A DNA stretch of 32,000 nt from Pseudomonas aeruginosa (GCF_001457615.1 NZ_LN831024.1:2040001-2072000); one strand, 5' to 3'; positions 1 through 9,697 are shown, numbered from the stretch's first letter. Notes: a model not told the origin generated them from the letters alone. Numbers and translations are program-made.

Positions 1-603
1 GGTGATCAGCACCAGCACCCGGCTTTCCGCAGGCCGCTGGCGCAGGCGCTTGACCGCCAGGCCGATGGCGTCGCCGATCGCGGTGTTCTTGCCGGCGATG
101 CCGATCTGTGCCTCGTCCAGCCAGACCCGCACGGTGTGCCGGTCGAAGGTCAGCGGCGCCTGCAGGTAGGCCTGGCTGCCGAACAGGATCAGGCCGACGC
201 GGTCGCCACGACGGTCTTCGATGAAGTCGCCGAAGAGTTTCTTGATCAGTTCCAGGCGGCTGATCTCGTCTTCCTGCCAGCGCATGTCGCGGTAGTCCAT
301 GGAGCCGGAGACATCCACCGCGAGCAGCAGGTCGCGGCCGCTGGCGGGTAGCGGCAGGGGGTCGCCGACCCACTGCGGGCGGGCCGCGGCGAGCAGCAGG
401 AGGAACCAGAGCAGGGCGAAGCGCACCTGCTGCCGCCAGGCCGGCAGGCGTGCGCGGGCACGGCGTCCGGCGAGGCTTTCGAGTTCGTCGAGGAAGCTCA
501 CCTTGAGCGCCGCCTCGCCGCTGTCGGCGGCCGGCAGCACCAGGCGCAGCAGCCAGGGCAACGGGGCGAAGGCGAAGACCCAGGGCCAGGCGAACTCAAA
601 CAT
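1..603 (-). CDS. VWA-domain protein, BatA-like. Only the N-terminal 201 codons are present; the 3' end lies beyond the window start.
   Basis: Manual reverse translation from the ATG at 603 gives MFEFAWPWVFAFAPLPWLLRLVLPAADSGEAALKVSFLDELESLAGRR...FALLWFLLLLAAARPQWVGDPLPLPASGRDLLLAVDVSGSMDYRDMRWQ...RVLVLIT, open all the way to position 1. It has N-terminal hydrophobic segments followed by the DxSxS MIDAS motif of a von Willebrand A domain. It is absent from the ORF track because it runs off the window. Its start overlaps the upstream gene's stop by 8 nt. Confidence 0.8.
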   Translation of the reverse strand, partial: MFEFAWPWVFAFAPLPWLLRLVLPAADSGEAALKVSFLDELESLAGRRARARLPAWRQQVRFALLWFLLLLAAARPQWVGDPLPLPASGRDLLLAVDVSGSMDYRDMRWQEDEISRLELIKKLFGDFIEDRRGDRVGLILFGSQAYLQAPLTFDRHTVRVWLDEAQIGIAGKNTAIGDAIGLAVKRLRQRPAESRVLVLIT

Positions 604-1090
604 GCTTGCGAATCCAGGTGGCGACGGCGGCGTCGAGGCCGTCCACGGCCTTGTCGTCGAGGGTGCAGTCGGCGCGGTAGCCGCCTTCCACCAGGATCAT
701 CCAGCGGGTCAGGCCGGCGGCCGGGCAACGGTTGTCGAGGAACGCCAGCCAGGCGCGGCCGCTGAGGGCGTGGCTGCCGCTATCTGGCCAGCGCGCCCTG
801 CAGACCCGCTTGAGCAGGCCGTTGATGGCTTGCAGCCAGGGCCCGGCGGAAGCCCTGCCGTAGGGCTTGGCAAGCGCCGCCAGTTCGGCCAGGGCCGCTT
901 CGCGCAGCGGATCCAGCGGCGCTTCGCCGCGGGTGGCGATGGTGCGCCGCGGCAGGTGCCGGCGCAGTCGCCAGAGCCCCCAGCCGAGCAACGGCAGCAG
1001 GGCGGCCAGCAGCCACCAGCCGGGCGCTGGCGGCCACCAGCCGACGGGCAGGGGAGCGATCAGCGGTTCCAGCCGGTCGAGCGGATTCAT
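596..1090 (-). CDS. DUF4381-type small membrane protein of Bat/MoxR operons
   Basis: Track ORF of 164 aa with an ATG start. It has one N-terminal TM segment (WWPPAPGWWLLAALLPLLGWGLW) followed by a soluble tail. It sits between the DUF58 and VWA genes with 4-nt and 8-nt overlaps. The family assignment is from recollection of this operon type and has not been searched. Confidence 0.65.
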   Translation of the reverse strand: MNPLDRLEPLIAPLPVGWWPPAPGWWLLAALLPLLGWGLWRLRRHLPRRTIATRGEAPLDPLREAALAELAALAKPYGRASAGPWLQAINGLLKRVCRARWPDSGSHALSGRAWLAFLDNRCPAAGLTRWMILVEGGYRADCTLDDKAVDGLDAAVATWIRKHV

Positions 1091-2025
1091 GCGCGATACC
1101 CCGGCTGGTGTTGTTCCAGCAGGTCCCGCAACTGCTCCACCAGGTCTTCCTGGGTCGACAGCGGCAGCAGCGGCACGCCCAGTCGCTGGGCCAGCCGCTG
1201 CCAGCGCGCGCGGCGCGCCTCGGCCTGTTCGCGATAGGCCTGGCGCAGCTCGTCGGCGTGGGTGTCCAGTTCGAGGTCGGCGGCGCCTTCGCGGAAGCGC
1301 AGCAGTCCGGCGGCGGGAAGGGCATGGTCGAGCGGGTCGGACAGCGGCAGCAGCACCAGGTCGGTATGGCGTGCGATCAGGCTGAGTTGCTGCTCGGCGA
1401 CGTCATTGAGTGTGCGCTCGTCGCACAGTACCAGGATCAGGCTGCCCGGGCGCAGCACTTCGCGGGCGCGGCGCAGGGCCAGGCCGAACAGTTCGCCAGG
1501 CCGCTCGGCCGGCGTCTCGCGCAGCTCGCGATTGGCCCGCAATAGCTGGTTGAACAGTTGCAGCAGGCTGTGCTTGCTGCGTCGCGGCTTGATTTCGTGG
1601 CAGTCGCGGTCGCTGAATACCAGGCCGCCGATACGGTCATTGTGGGCCAGCGCCGACCAGCCGATGAAGGCCGCCGCGCGTGCCGCCAGCACTGCCTTGA
1701 AGCACAGGCCGGAGCCGAAGAACAGGCGCTGGCTCTGTTCGACCAGGACGAACACCGGTCGCTCGCGTTCCTCGTGGAACAGCTTGGTGTGCGGCTCGCG
1801 GGTGCGCGCGGTGACGCGCCAGTCGATGGTCCGTACGTCGTCGCCGGGCTGGTAGATGCGCACCTGGTCGAAGTCCACGCCGCGTCCGCGCAGGCGCGAG
1901 TGATGCAGGCCGACCAGTGGGCTGCGGCGGTTCTGCGAGGAGAACAGGCGCGCTTCGTGGAGCCGGTGGCGCATTTCCAGAAGCTCGTCGAGGCCCAGTT
2001 CGACGCCCGGGGCGGCGCTCAGCAT
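1087..2025 (-). CDS. DUF58-family protein (MoxR-associated, VWA-like)
   Basis: Track ORF of 312 aa with an ATG at 2025. The stretch GRGVDFDQVRIYQPGDDVRTIDWRVTART is the hallmark DUF58 motif. It lies 10 nt downstream of the moxR stop, and its stop overlaps the next start in an ATGA junction at 1087-1090. Confidence 0.85.
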   Translation of the reverse strand: MLSAAPGVELGLDELLEMRHRLHEARLFSSQNRRSPLVGLHHSRLRGRGVDFDQVRIYQPGDDVRTIDWRVTARTREPHTKLFHEERERPVFVLVEQSQRLFFGSGLCFKAVLAARAAAFIGWSALAHNDRIGGLVFSDRDCHEIKPRRSKHSLLQLFNQLLRANRELRETPAERPGELFGLALRRAREVLRPGSLILVLCDERTLNDVAEQQLSLIARHTDLVLLPLSDPLDHALPAAGLLRFREGAADLELDTHADELRQAYREQAEARRARWQRLAQRLGVPLLPLSTQEDLVEQLRDLLEQHQPGYRA

Positions 2026-2035
2026 GGCGGCGGCC

Positions 2036-3016
<981 letters not shown>

Positions 3017-3356
3017 TGTCTGGACTACCGGTTCCAAGGCCTGCTGGGGTGTCGCTCGGTGGCGCACGGCGAGGCCGGCGCGGGCGGGCGGGGAGAAGGT
3101 TCCGCTCTGCGGCGGATGACGGCCCCCCGATCCCGCACATGTTAGCGCACGGCGACTGCCTAGCGTACTCTCCGACGCTCGTGCCGCGCCTATTCGTGAA
3201 CCCGCGCGGGTATGCCGGTGAAAAGCCTCCGCCTCTCGCCGTGACCTGCCTCGCGAAGCGCGGCGGATCGACGCGCCCGGGGAACTTCGCCGGCGCACGC
3301 GGGTCGGTTTCCGCGATGCGAACAGCGAATGGACAGAGCGTTTGTCAGGAGCGACA

Positions 3357-4127
3357 TTGCCGGGGCTTGCCCGGCGCAAGGGGGAGGGCCGCGCCCGGCG
3401 TGGGTGGCGGCGCTGGGTCGGCGGGCTGCTGTTGCTGCTCGGCGCGCTCGCCAGCGGATGTTCGAACGCGCCGCGCAACGCCGCCGGCGAGGACACCAGC
3501 CAGGGTTCGATGCGCGCCGGCGAATTCCTCCAGACCGATGCCGATCGCATGGCCACCCTGGCCATGCGCGACAACCTGCAAAGCCTCTACCAGTTGCTCT
3601 GGAAACTGTACAAGCGCAATCCCGCCGAATGGAAGAAGACCGGCCTGCCGAGCCAGGCCGACGCCGAGCTGGCGATCCGCCGGGCCATCGAGCAGAACCG
3701 CGAACTCAGCGACCTGGGCGGCCGCCGCGACATCGCCGCGCTGTCCTATTCCCTCGATCCGGCGTTCAGGGGCGACCGCGTCGGCGCCTTCATCTATTCC
3801 CTGGCCAGCATGCTGATCACCGCCCATGGCGGGCGTACCGAGTTCTACGTCTACCAGGGGATCGACGCGCAGTACGTCTACAACGCCGCGCGCAACGTCG
3901 AGGTCGCCACCTGGATGCTGGCTACCCGCAAGGACGACAAGGGCGCCCCGTTGCTGCTTTCCAACGCCCTCACCGACGACGCCAGCAACCTCAGCTACGC
4001 CCGCGAGTTCGCCAAGATCGTCGCGCGCCTGGACCTGCTCGCCGAGGTGCTCGGCGAACGCTACCGGCGGATCAGCGTGAACTACGCCCAGGGACTGCTG
4101 TTCATGCATTTCCTGCCGGTGCAGTGA
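3357..4127 (+). CDS. Hypothetical secreted or lipoprotein-like protein
   Basis: The track ORF 3342-4127 starts at TTG. I prefer the in-frame TTG at 3357 because AGGAG (3347-3351) lies 5 nt upstream of it. The N-terminus has a basic stretch, then LLLLLGALASG|CS (signal peptide with a lipobox-like cysteine). I recognise no catalytic motif. The exact start is uncertain. Confidence 0.6.
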   Translation: MPGLARRKGEGRARRGWRRWVGGLLLLLGALASGCSNAPRNAAGEDTSQGSMRAGEFLQTDADRMATLAMRDNLQSLYQLLWKLYKRNPAEWKKTGLPSQADAELAIRRAIEQNRELSDLGGRRDIAALSYSLDPAFRGDRVGAFIYSLASMLITAHGGRTEFYVYQGIDAQYVYNAARNVEVATWMLATRKDDKGAPLLLSNALTDDASNLSYAREFAKIVARLDLLAEVLGERYRRISVNYAQGLLFMHFLPVQ

Positions 4128-4399
4128 GCCGATGCTCCCGGGGTGAACGAATATGTCGCAGCACGGTAAGTGTTTTGCCTTGCCGGCTCGTTAAGCTCTG
4201 TCGGATATGACCGGCGGGTCGCTCGCCGAAAAGGGCGGTTCCCGGTCAGCCTTTGCTGTGCGCCTGCCTGCCTGGATTAATGCTCAGCTTCTGCTGAACT
4301 TCATGGACGCAGCGAGGGTCGGTCCGAAGGTGCGTTGCTCGCGACCTTTCCCGCGAACCGCTCGCCTCCATGAAATAACAAGCCAAGCGGAGTACAACC

Positions 4400-7300
4400 A
4401 TGGCGTTCTTCACCGCGGCCAGCAAAGCCGATTTCCAGCATCAACTGCAGACGGCACTGGCGCAGCACCTCGGCGACAAGGCGTTACCACAAGTCACGCT
4501 GTTCGCCGAACAGTTCTTCAGCCTGATCTCCCTCGATGAACTGACCCAGCGTCGGCTTTCCGACCTGGTCGGTTGCACCCTTTCCGCCTGGCGCCTGCTG
4601 GAGCGCTTCGACCGCGACCAGCCCGAAGTCCGCGTATACAACCCCGACTACGAGAAGCACGGCTGGCAATCCACCCACACCGCGGTAGAAGTGCTGCACC
4701 CGGACCTGCCGTTCCTGGTCGACTCGGTGCGCATGGAACTGAACCGTCGCGGCTACAGCATCCATACCCTGCAGACCAACGTCCTCAGCGTGCGCCGCTC
4801 GGCCAAGGGCGAGCTGAAGGAAATCCTGCCCAAGGGTAGCCAGGGCAAGGACGTCAGCCAGGAATCGCTGATGTACCTGGAGATCGACCGTTGCGCCCAC
4901 GCCGGCGAACTGCGGGCGCTGGAGAAGGCCATCCTGGAAGTGCTCGGTGAAGTACGCGTGACCGTCGCCGACTTCGAACCGATGAAGGCCAAGGCCCGCG
5001 AACTGCTGACCTGGCTTGGCAAGGCCAAGCTGAAGGTGCCGGCGGAGGAACTGAAGGAAGTACGCAGCTATCTCGAATGGCTGCTGGACAACCACTTCAC
5101 CTTCCTCGGCTACGAGGAATTCAGCGTCGCCGACGAGGCCGACGGCGGGCGCATGGTCTACGACGAGAAATCCTTCCTCGGCCTGACCCGTCTGCTGCGT
5201 GCCGGCCTGAGCAAGGATGACCTGCACATCGAGGACTATGCCGTCGCCTACCTGCGCGAACCGGTCCTGCTGTCCTTCGCCAAGGCTGCCCATCCGAGCC
5301 GTGTGCACCGCCCGGCCTACCCGGACTACGTGTCGATCCGCGAGCTGGACGGCAAGGGCCGGGTGATCCGCGAGTGCCGCTTCATGGGCCTGTTCACCTC
5401 CTCGGTGTACAACGAGAGCGTCAACGACATCCCCTTCATCCGCGGCAAGGTCGCCGAAGTGATGCGGCGCTCCGGTTTCGACACCAAGGCCCACCTCGGC
5501 AAGGAACTGGCCCAGGTGCTGGAAGTACTGCCGCGCGACGACCTGTTCCAGACCCCGGTGGACGAGCTGTTCAGCACCGCCCTGGCGATCGTCCGCATCC
5601 AGGAGCGCAACAAGATCCGCGTGTTCCTGCGCAAGGACCCCTACGGTCGCTTCTGCTACTGCCTGGCCTACGTGCCGCGCGACGTGTATTCCACCGAGAC
5701 GCGCCTGAAGATCCAGCAGGTCCTGATGGAGCGCCTGCAGGCCAGCGACTGCGAGTTCTGGACCTTCTTCTCCGAGTCGGTGCTGGCCCGCGTGCAGTTC
5801 ATCCTCCGCGTCGACCCGAAGTCGCGCATCGACATCGACCCGGCGCGCCTGGAGGAAGAAGTGATCCAGGCCTGCCGTTCCTGGCAGGACGACTACAGCA
5901 GCCTGGTGGTGGAAAACCTCGGTGAGGCCAAGGGCACCAACGTCCTGGCCGACTTCCCGAAAGGCTTCCCGGCCGGCTACCGCGAGCGCTTCGCCCCGCA
6001 CTTCGCGGTGGTCGACCTGCAGCACCTGCTCAGCCTCTCCGAGCAGCGCCCGCTGGTGATGAGCTTCTACCAGCCGCTGGCGCAGGGCGAGCAGCAACTG
6101 CACTGCAAGCTGTACCACGCCGACACCCCGCTGGCCCTGTCCGACGTCCTGCCGATCCTGGAGAACCTCGGCCTGCGCGTGCTCGGCGAATTCCCCTACC
6201 GCCTGCGCCACCAGAACGGCCGTGAATACTGGATCCACGACTTCGCCTTCACCTACGCCGAAGGGCTGGACGTGGACATCCAGCAGCTCAACGAGATCCT
6301 CCAGGACGCCTTCGTCCACATCGTCAGCGGCGACGCCGAGAACGACGCCTTCAACCGCCTGGTGCTGACCGCCAACCTGCCGTGGCGCGACGTCGCCCTG
6401 CTGCGTGCCTACGCGCGTTACCTGAAGCAGATCCGCCTGGGCTTCGACCTCGGCTACATCGCCAGCGCGCTGAATGCTCACACCGACATCGCCCGCGAGC
6501 TGGTGCGGCTGTTCAAGACCCGCTTCTACCTGGCGCGCAAACTCACCGCGGAAGACCTGGAAGACAAGCAACAGAAGCTGGAGCAGGCGATCCTCGGCGC
6601 CCTCGACGAAGTCCAGGTGCTCAACGAGGACCGCATCCTGCGGCGCTACCTCGACCTGATCAAGGCGACCCTGCGGACCAACTTCTACCAGCCCGACGGC
6701 AACGGCCAGAACAAGAGCTACTTCAGCTTCAAGTTCAACCCGAAGGCCATTCCGGAGCTGCCCAGGCCGGTGCCCAAGTACGAGATCTTCGTCTACTCGC
6801 CGCGCGTCGAGGGCGTGCACCTGCGCGGCGGCAAGGTGGCTCGCGGCGGCTTGCGCTGGTCGGACCGCGAGGAAGACTTCCGCACCGAGGTGCTCGGCCT
6901 GGTCAAGGCCCAGCAGGTGAAGAACGCGGTGATCGTGCCGGTCGGCGCCAAGGGCGGCTTCGTCCCGCGCCGCCTGCCGCTTGGCGGTAGCCGCGACGAG
7001 ATCCAGGCCGAGGCGATCGCCTGCTACCGGATCTTCATTTCCGGCCTGCTCGATATCACCGACAACCTCAAGGAAGGCGAAGTGGTGCCGCCGGCCAACG
7101 TGGTCCGCCACGACGAGGACGATCCTTACCTGGTGGTCGCCGCGGACAAGGGCACGGCGACCTTCTCCGACATCGCCAACGGCATCGCCGCCGAGTACGG
7201 CTTCTGGCTCGGCGACGCCTTCGCCTCGGGCGGCTCCGCCGGCTACGACCACAAGGGCATGGGGATTACCGCCAAGGGCGCCTGGGTCAGCGTGCAACGG

Positions 7301-9262
7301 CACTTCCGCGAGCGCGGCATCGACGTGCAGAAGGACAACATCAGCGTCATCGGCATCGGCGACATGGCCGGCGACGTGTTCGGCAACGGCCTGCTGATGT
7401 CGGACAAGCTGCAACTGGTGGCCGCCTTCAACCACATGCATATCTTCATCGACCCGAACCCGGACGCCGCCAGCAGCTTCGTCGAGCGCCAGCGCCTGTT
7501 CAACCTGCCGCGTTCGAGCTGGGCCGACTACGACGCCAAGCTGATCTCCGCCGGCGGCGGGATCTTCCTGCGCAGCGCCAAGAGCATCGCCATCACCCCG
7601 GAAATGAAGGCGCGCTTCGACATCCAGGCCGACAGGCTGGCGCCCACCGAGCTGATCCATGCGCTGCTCAAGGCGCCGGTCGACCTGCTCTGGAACGGCG
7701 GGATCGGCACCTACGTGAAGTCGAGCAAGGAAACCCACGCCGATGTCGGCGACAAGGCCAACGACGGTCTGCGCGTCGACGGCCGCGAGCTGCGCGCGAA
7801 GGTGGTGGGCGAGGGCGGCAACCTGGGCATGACCCAACTGGCGCGGGTCGAGTTCGGCCTGCACGGCGGTGCCAACAACACCGACTTCATCGACAACGCC
7901 GGTGGCGTGGACTGCTCCGACCATGAGGTCAACATCAAGATCCTGCTCAACGAAGTGGTGCAGGCCGGCGACATGACCGAGAAGCAGCGCAACGCGCTGC
8001 TGGTGAAGATGACCGACGCGGTCGGCGCCCTGGTGCTGGGCAACAACTACAAGCAGACCCAGGCGCTGTCCCTGGCGCAACGTCGCGCCCGCGAGCGGAT
8101 CGCCGAGTACAAGCGGCTGATGGGCGACCTCGAGGCGCGTGGCAAGCTCGATCGCGCCCTGGAGTTCCTGCCTTCCGACGAGGAGCTGGCGGAACGCATC
8201 AGTGCCGGCCAGGGGCTGACCCGCGCCGAGCTGTCGGTGCTGATCTCCTACAGCAAGATCGACCTCAAGGAATCGCTGCTGAAATCGCTGGTGCCGGACG
8301 ACGACTACCTGACCCGCGACATGGAGACCGCCTTCCCGGCATTGCTGGCGGAGAAGTTCGGCGACGCCATGCGCCGCCATCGCCTGAAGCGCGAGATCGT
8401 CAGCACGCAGATCGCCAACGACCTGGTCAATCACATGGGCATCACCTTCGTGCAGCGCCTGAAGGAGTCCACCGGTATGAGCGCGGCCAACGTCGCCGGG
8501 GCCTACGTGATCGTCCGCGACGTGTTCCACCTGCCGCACTGGTTCCGCCAGATCGAGAACCTCGACTACCAGGTGCCCGCTGATATCCAGCTGACCCTGA
8601 TGGACGAACTGATGCGCCTCGGCCGCCGCGCCACCCGCTGGTTCCTCCGCAGCCGCCGCAACGAGCTGGACGCGGCGCGCGACGTGGCCCACTTCGGCCC
8701 GCGCATCGCCGCCCTCGGCCTGAAGCTCAACGAGCTGCTCGAAGGGCCGACCCGCGAGCTGTGGCAGGCGCGCTACCAGACCTACGTCGACGCCGGCGTA
8801 CCGGAACTGCTGGCACGCATGGTGGCCGGCACCAGCCACCTGTATACGCTGCTGCCGATCATCGAGGCGTCCGACGTGACCGGCCAGGACACCGCGGAAG
8901 TGGCCAAGGCCTATTTCGCCGTGGGCAGCGCGCTGGACCTTACCTGGTACCTGCAACAGATCACCAACCTGCCGGTGGAGAACAACTGGCAGGCGCTGGC
9001 CCGCGAGGCGTTCCGCGACGACCTCGACTGGCAGCAGCGGGCGATCACCGTCTCGGTGTTGCAGATGCAGGACGGACCGAAGGAGGTCGAGGCTCGCGTC
9101 GGCCTGTGGCTGGAACAGCACCTGCCGCTGGTCGAGCGCTGGCGGGCGATGCTGGTCGAACTGCGTGCCGCGTCGGGTACCGACTACGCCATGTACGCCG
9201 TGGCCAACCGCGAGCTGATGGACCTGGCGCAGAGCAGCCAGCACGGTGTCTGCATCCCCTGA
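4400..9262 (+). CDS. gdhB: NAD-specific glutamate dehydrogenase, large 180-kDa class (1620 aa)
   Basis: Track ORF of 1620 aa with an ATG at 4400, preceded by GGAG 7 nt upstream. The length and sequence (GGLRWSDR, VPVGAKGGF, GGSAGYDHKGMGITAKGAW, DMAGDVFGNG) are those of the Bac_GDH family, which I recognise as P. aeruginosa GdhB. Confidence 0.97.
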   Translation: MAFFTAASKADFQHQLQTALAQHLGDKALPQVTLFAEQFFSLISLDELTQRRLSDLVGCTLSAWRLLERFDRDQPEVRVYNPDYEKHGWQSTHTAVEVLHPDLPFLVDSVRMELNRRGYSIHTLQTNVLSVRRSAKGELKEILPKGSQGKDVSQESLMYLEIDRCAHAGELRALEKAILEVLGEVRVTVADFEPMKAKARELLTWLGKAKLKVPAEELKEVRSYLEWLLDNHFTFLGYEEFSVADEADGGRMVYDEKSFLGLTRLLRAGLSKDDLHIEDYAVAYLREPVLLSFAKAAHPSRVHRPAYPDYVSIRELDGKGRVIRECRFMGLFTSSVYNESVNDIPFIRGKVAEVMRRSGFDTKAHLGKELAQVLEVLPRDDLFQTPVDELFSTALAIVRIQERNKIRVFLRKDPYGRFCYCLAYVPRDVYSTETRLKIQQVLMERLQASDCEFWTFFSESVLARVQFILRVDPKSRIDIDPARLEEEVIQACRSWQDDYSSLVVENLGEAKGTNVLADFPKGFPAGYRERFAPHFAVVDLQHLLSLSEQRPLVMSFYQPLAQGEQQLHCKLYHADTPLALSDVLPILENLGLRVLGEFPYRLRHQNGREYWIHDFAFTYAEGLDVDIQQLNEILQDAFVHIVSGDAENDAFNRLVLTANLPWRDVALLRAYARYLKQIRLGFDLGYIASALNAHTDIARELVRLFKTRFYLARKLTAEDLEDKQQKLEQAILGALDEVQVLNEDRILRRYLDLIKATLRTNFYQPDGNGQNKSYFSFKFNPKAIPELPRPVPKYEIFVYSPRVEGVHLRGGKVARGGLRWSDREEDFRTEVLGLVKAQQVKNAVIVPVGAKGGFVPRRLPLGGSRDEIQAEAIACYRIFISGLLDITDNLKEGEVVPPANVVRHDEDDPYLVVAADKGTATFSDIANGIAAEYGFWLGDAFASGGSAGYDHKGMGITAKGAWVSVQRHFRERGIDVQKDNISVIGIGDMAGDVFGNGLLMSDKLQLVAAFNHMHIFIDPNPDAASSFVERQRLFNLPRSSWADYDAKLISAGGGIFLRSAKSIAITPEMKARFDIQADRLAPTELIHALLKAPVDLLWNGGIGTYVKSSKETHADVGDKANDGLRVDGRELRAKVVGEGGNLGMTQLARVEFGLHGGANNTDFIDNAGGVDCSDHEVNIKILLNEVVQAGDMTEKQRNALLVKMTDAVGALVLGNNYKQTQALSLAQRRARERIAEYKRLMGDLEARGKLDRALEFLPSDEELAERISAGQGLTRAELSVLISYSKIDLKESLLKSLVPDDDYLTRDMETAFPALLAEKFGDAMRRHRLKREIVSTQIANDLVNHMGITFVQRLKESTGMSAANVAGAYVIVRDVFHLPHWFRQIENLDYQVPADIQLTLMDELMRLGRRATRWFLRSRRNELDAARDVAHFGPRIAALGLKLNELLEGPTRELWQARYQTYVDAGVPELLARMVAGTSHLYTLLPIIEASDVTGQDTAEVAKAYFAVGSALDLTWYLQQITNLPVENNWQALAREAFRDDLDWQQRAITVSVLQMQDGPKEVEARVGLWLEQHLPLVERWRAMLVELRAASGTDYAMYAVANRELMDLAQSSQHGVCIP

Positions 9263-9284
9263 TGCGAGCGGCCTGACGGCAAGC

Positions 9285-9316
9285 AAGAGCCCCGCCTGAG
9301 TGCGGGGCTCTTTCAT
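9285..9316 (+). terminator. Rho-independent terminator of gdhB
   Basis: Perfect 11-bp stem: aagagccccgc (9285-9295), loop ctgagt, then gcggggctctt (9302-9312), followed by a T-containing tail tcattc. It lies 23 nt after the gdhB stop. Confidence 0.8.
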
Positions 9317-9633
9317 TCTGGCGCGGCGAAAACCTGCGGTGCTTGCGGTGGCTGAGGCGCTGCGCGGCGACAAATGTCCGGCGCCCGGCGTTGGCCTGGA
9401 AAGGACAACCTGACTCACAGATTTAATAAATATTTAGTTATTAGAAAATCTATTCATGGGTTCATATGGATCTATGACTTCTCCGCTTCATATGCCTTGG
9501 CCGGGATCCTGTCGATCGCATAAACCCCCGGCAGCCCGTACTTCCTTCCCCGTCCGGTGAGTTTTCCGATGACGTCGCGGCGGTCACGCGGGAGGCAAGA
9601 GCAGGCAAAAGGACACCATGGCGCCATGTGCGC

Positions 9634-9647
9634 GCCTAAAAATTGAC
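9634..9647. promoter_or_regulatory. FleQ-type box 1 of the pel promoter, with an embedded TTGACA
   Basis: gcctaaaaattgac matches 10 of the 13 specified positions of the FleQ consensus GTCaNTAAATTGAC as I recall it. A perfect sigma70 -35 hexamer, TTGACA, sits at 9643-9648. The site is 177 bp upstream of the pelA ATG. Confidence 0.55.
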
Positions 9648-9683
9648 AGTTTCCGCTTAAAAATTTAGCAATTAGCATATTTA

Positions 9684-9697
9684 GTCATTAGATTGAC
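9684..9697. promoter_or_regulatory. FleQ-type box 2 of the pel promoter
   Basis: gtcattagattgac matches 12 of the 13 specified positions of GTCaNTAAATTGAC. Its centre is 50 bp from that of box 1. The pel promoter is known to carry two FleQ sites. Confidence 0.65.

Noticed and set aside
3017-3356. I searched the moxR/lipoprotein divergent spacer for sigma54 (TGGCAC-N5-TTGC) or other clear promoter elements, for example tggcgcacggcgagg near 3060.
   Set aside because: The downstream TTGC element is absent at the required spacing, and I could not support any convincing -35/-10 pair.
3017-3574. 186-codon N-terminal extension of the MoxR ORF (track ORF 2036-3574, 512 aa).
   Set aside because: The extension is Arg/Ser/Pro-rich with no homology-like features, and it overlaps the divergent lipoprotein gene's start region. 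The MoxR family begins near MSNEPES, giving the expected length of about 326 aa.
9472-9678. 68-aa minus-strand ORF inside the gdhB-pelA spacer (MLIAKFLSGNCQFLGAHMAPWCPFACSC...).
   Set aside because: The first 15 or so codons are A/T-ending (CTA, ATT, GCT, AAA, TTT, TTA, TGT, CAA), which is atypical for this genome. The product is Cys/Trp-rich with no RBS, and its start lies inside the AT-rich regulatory motifs. It may be annotated as a hypothetical protein in some references, but I see no coding support.
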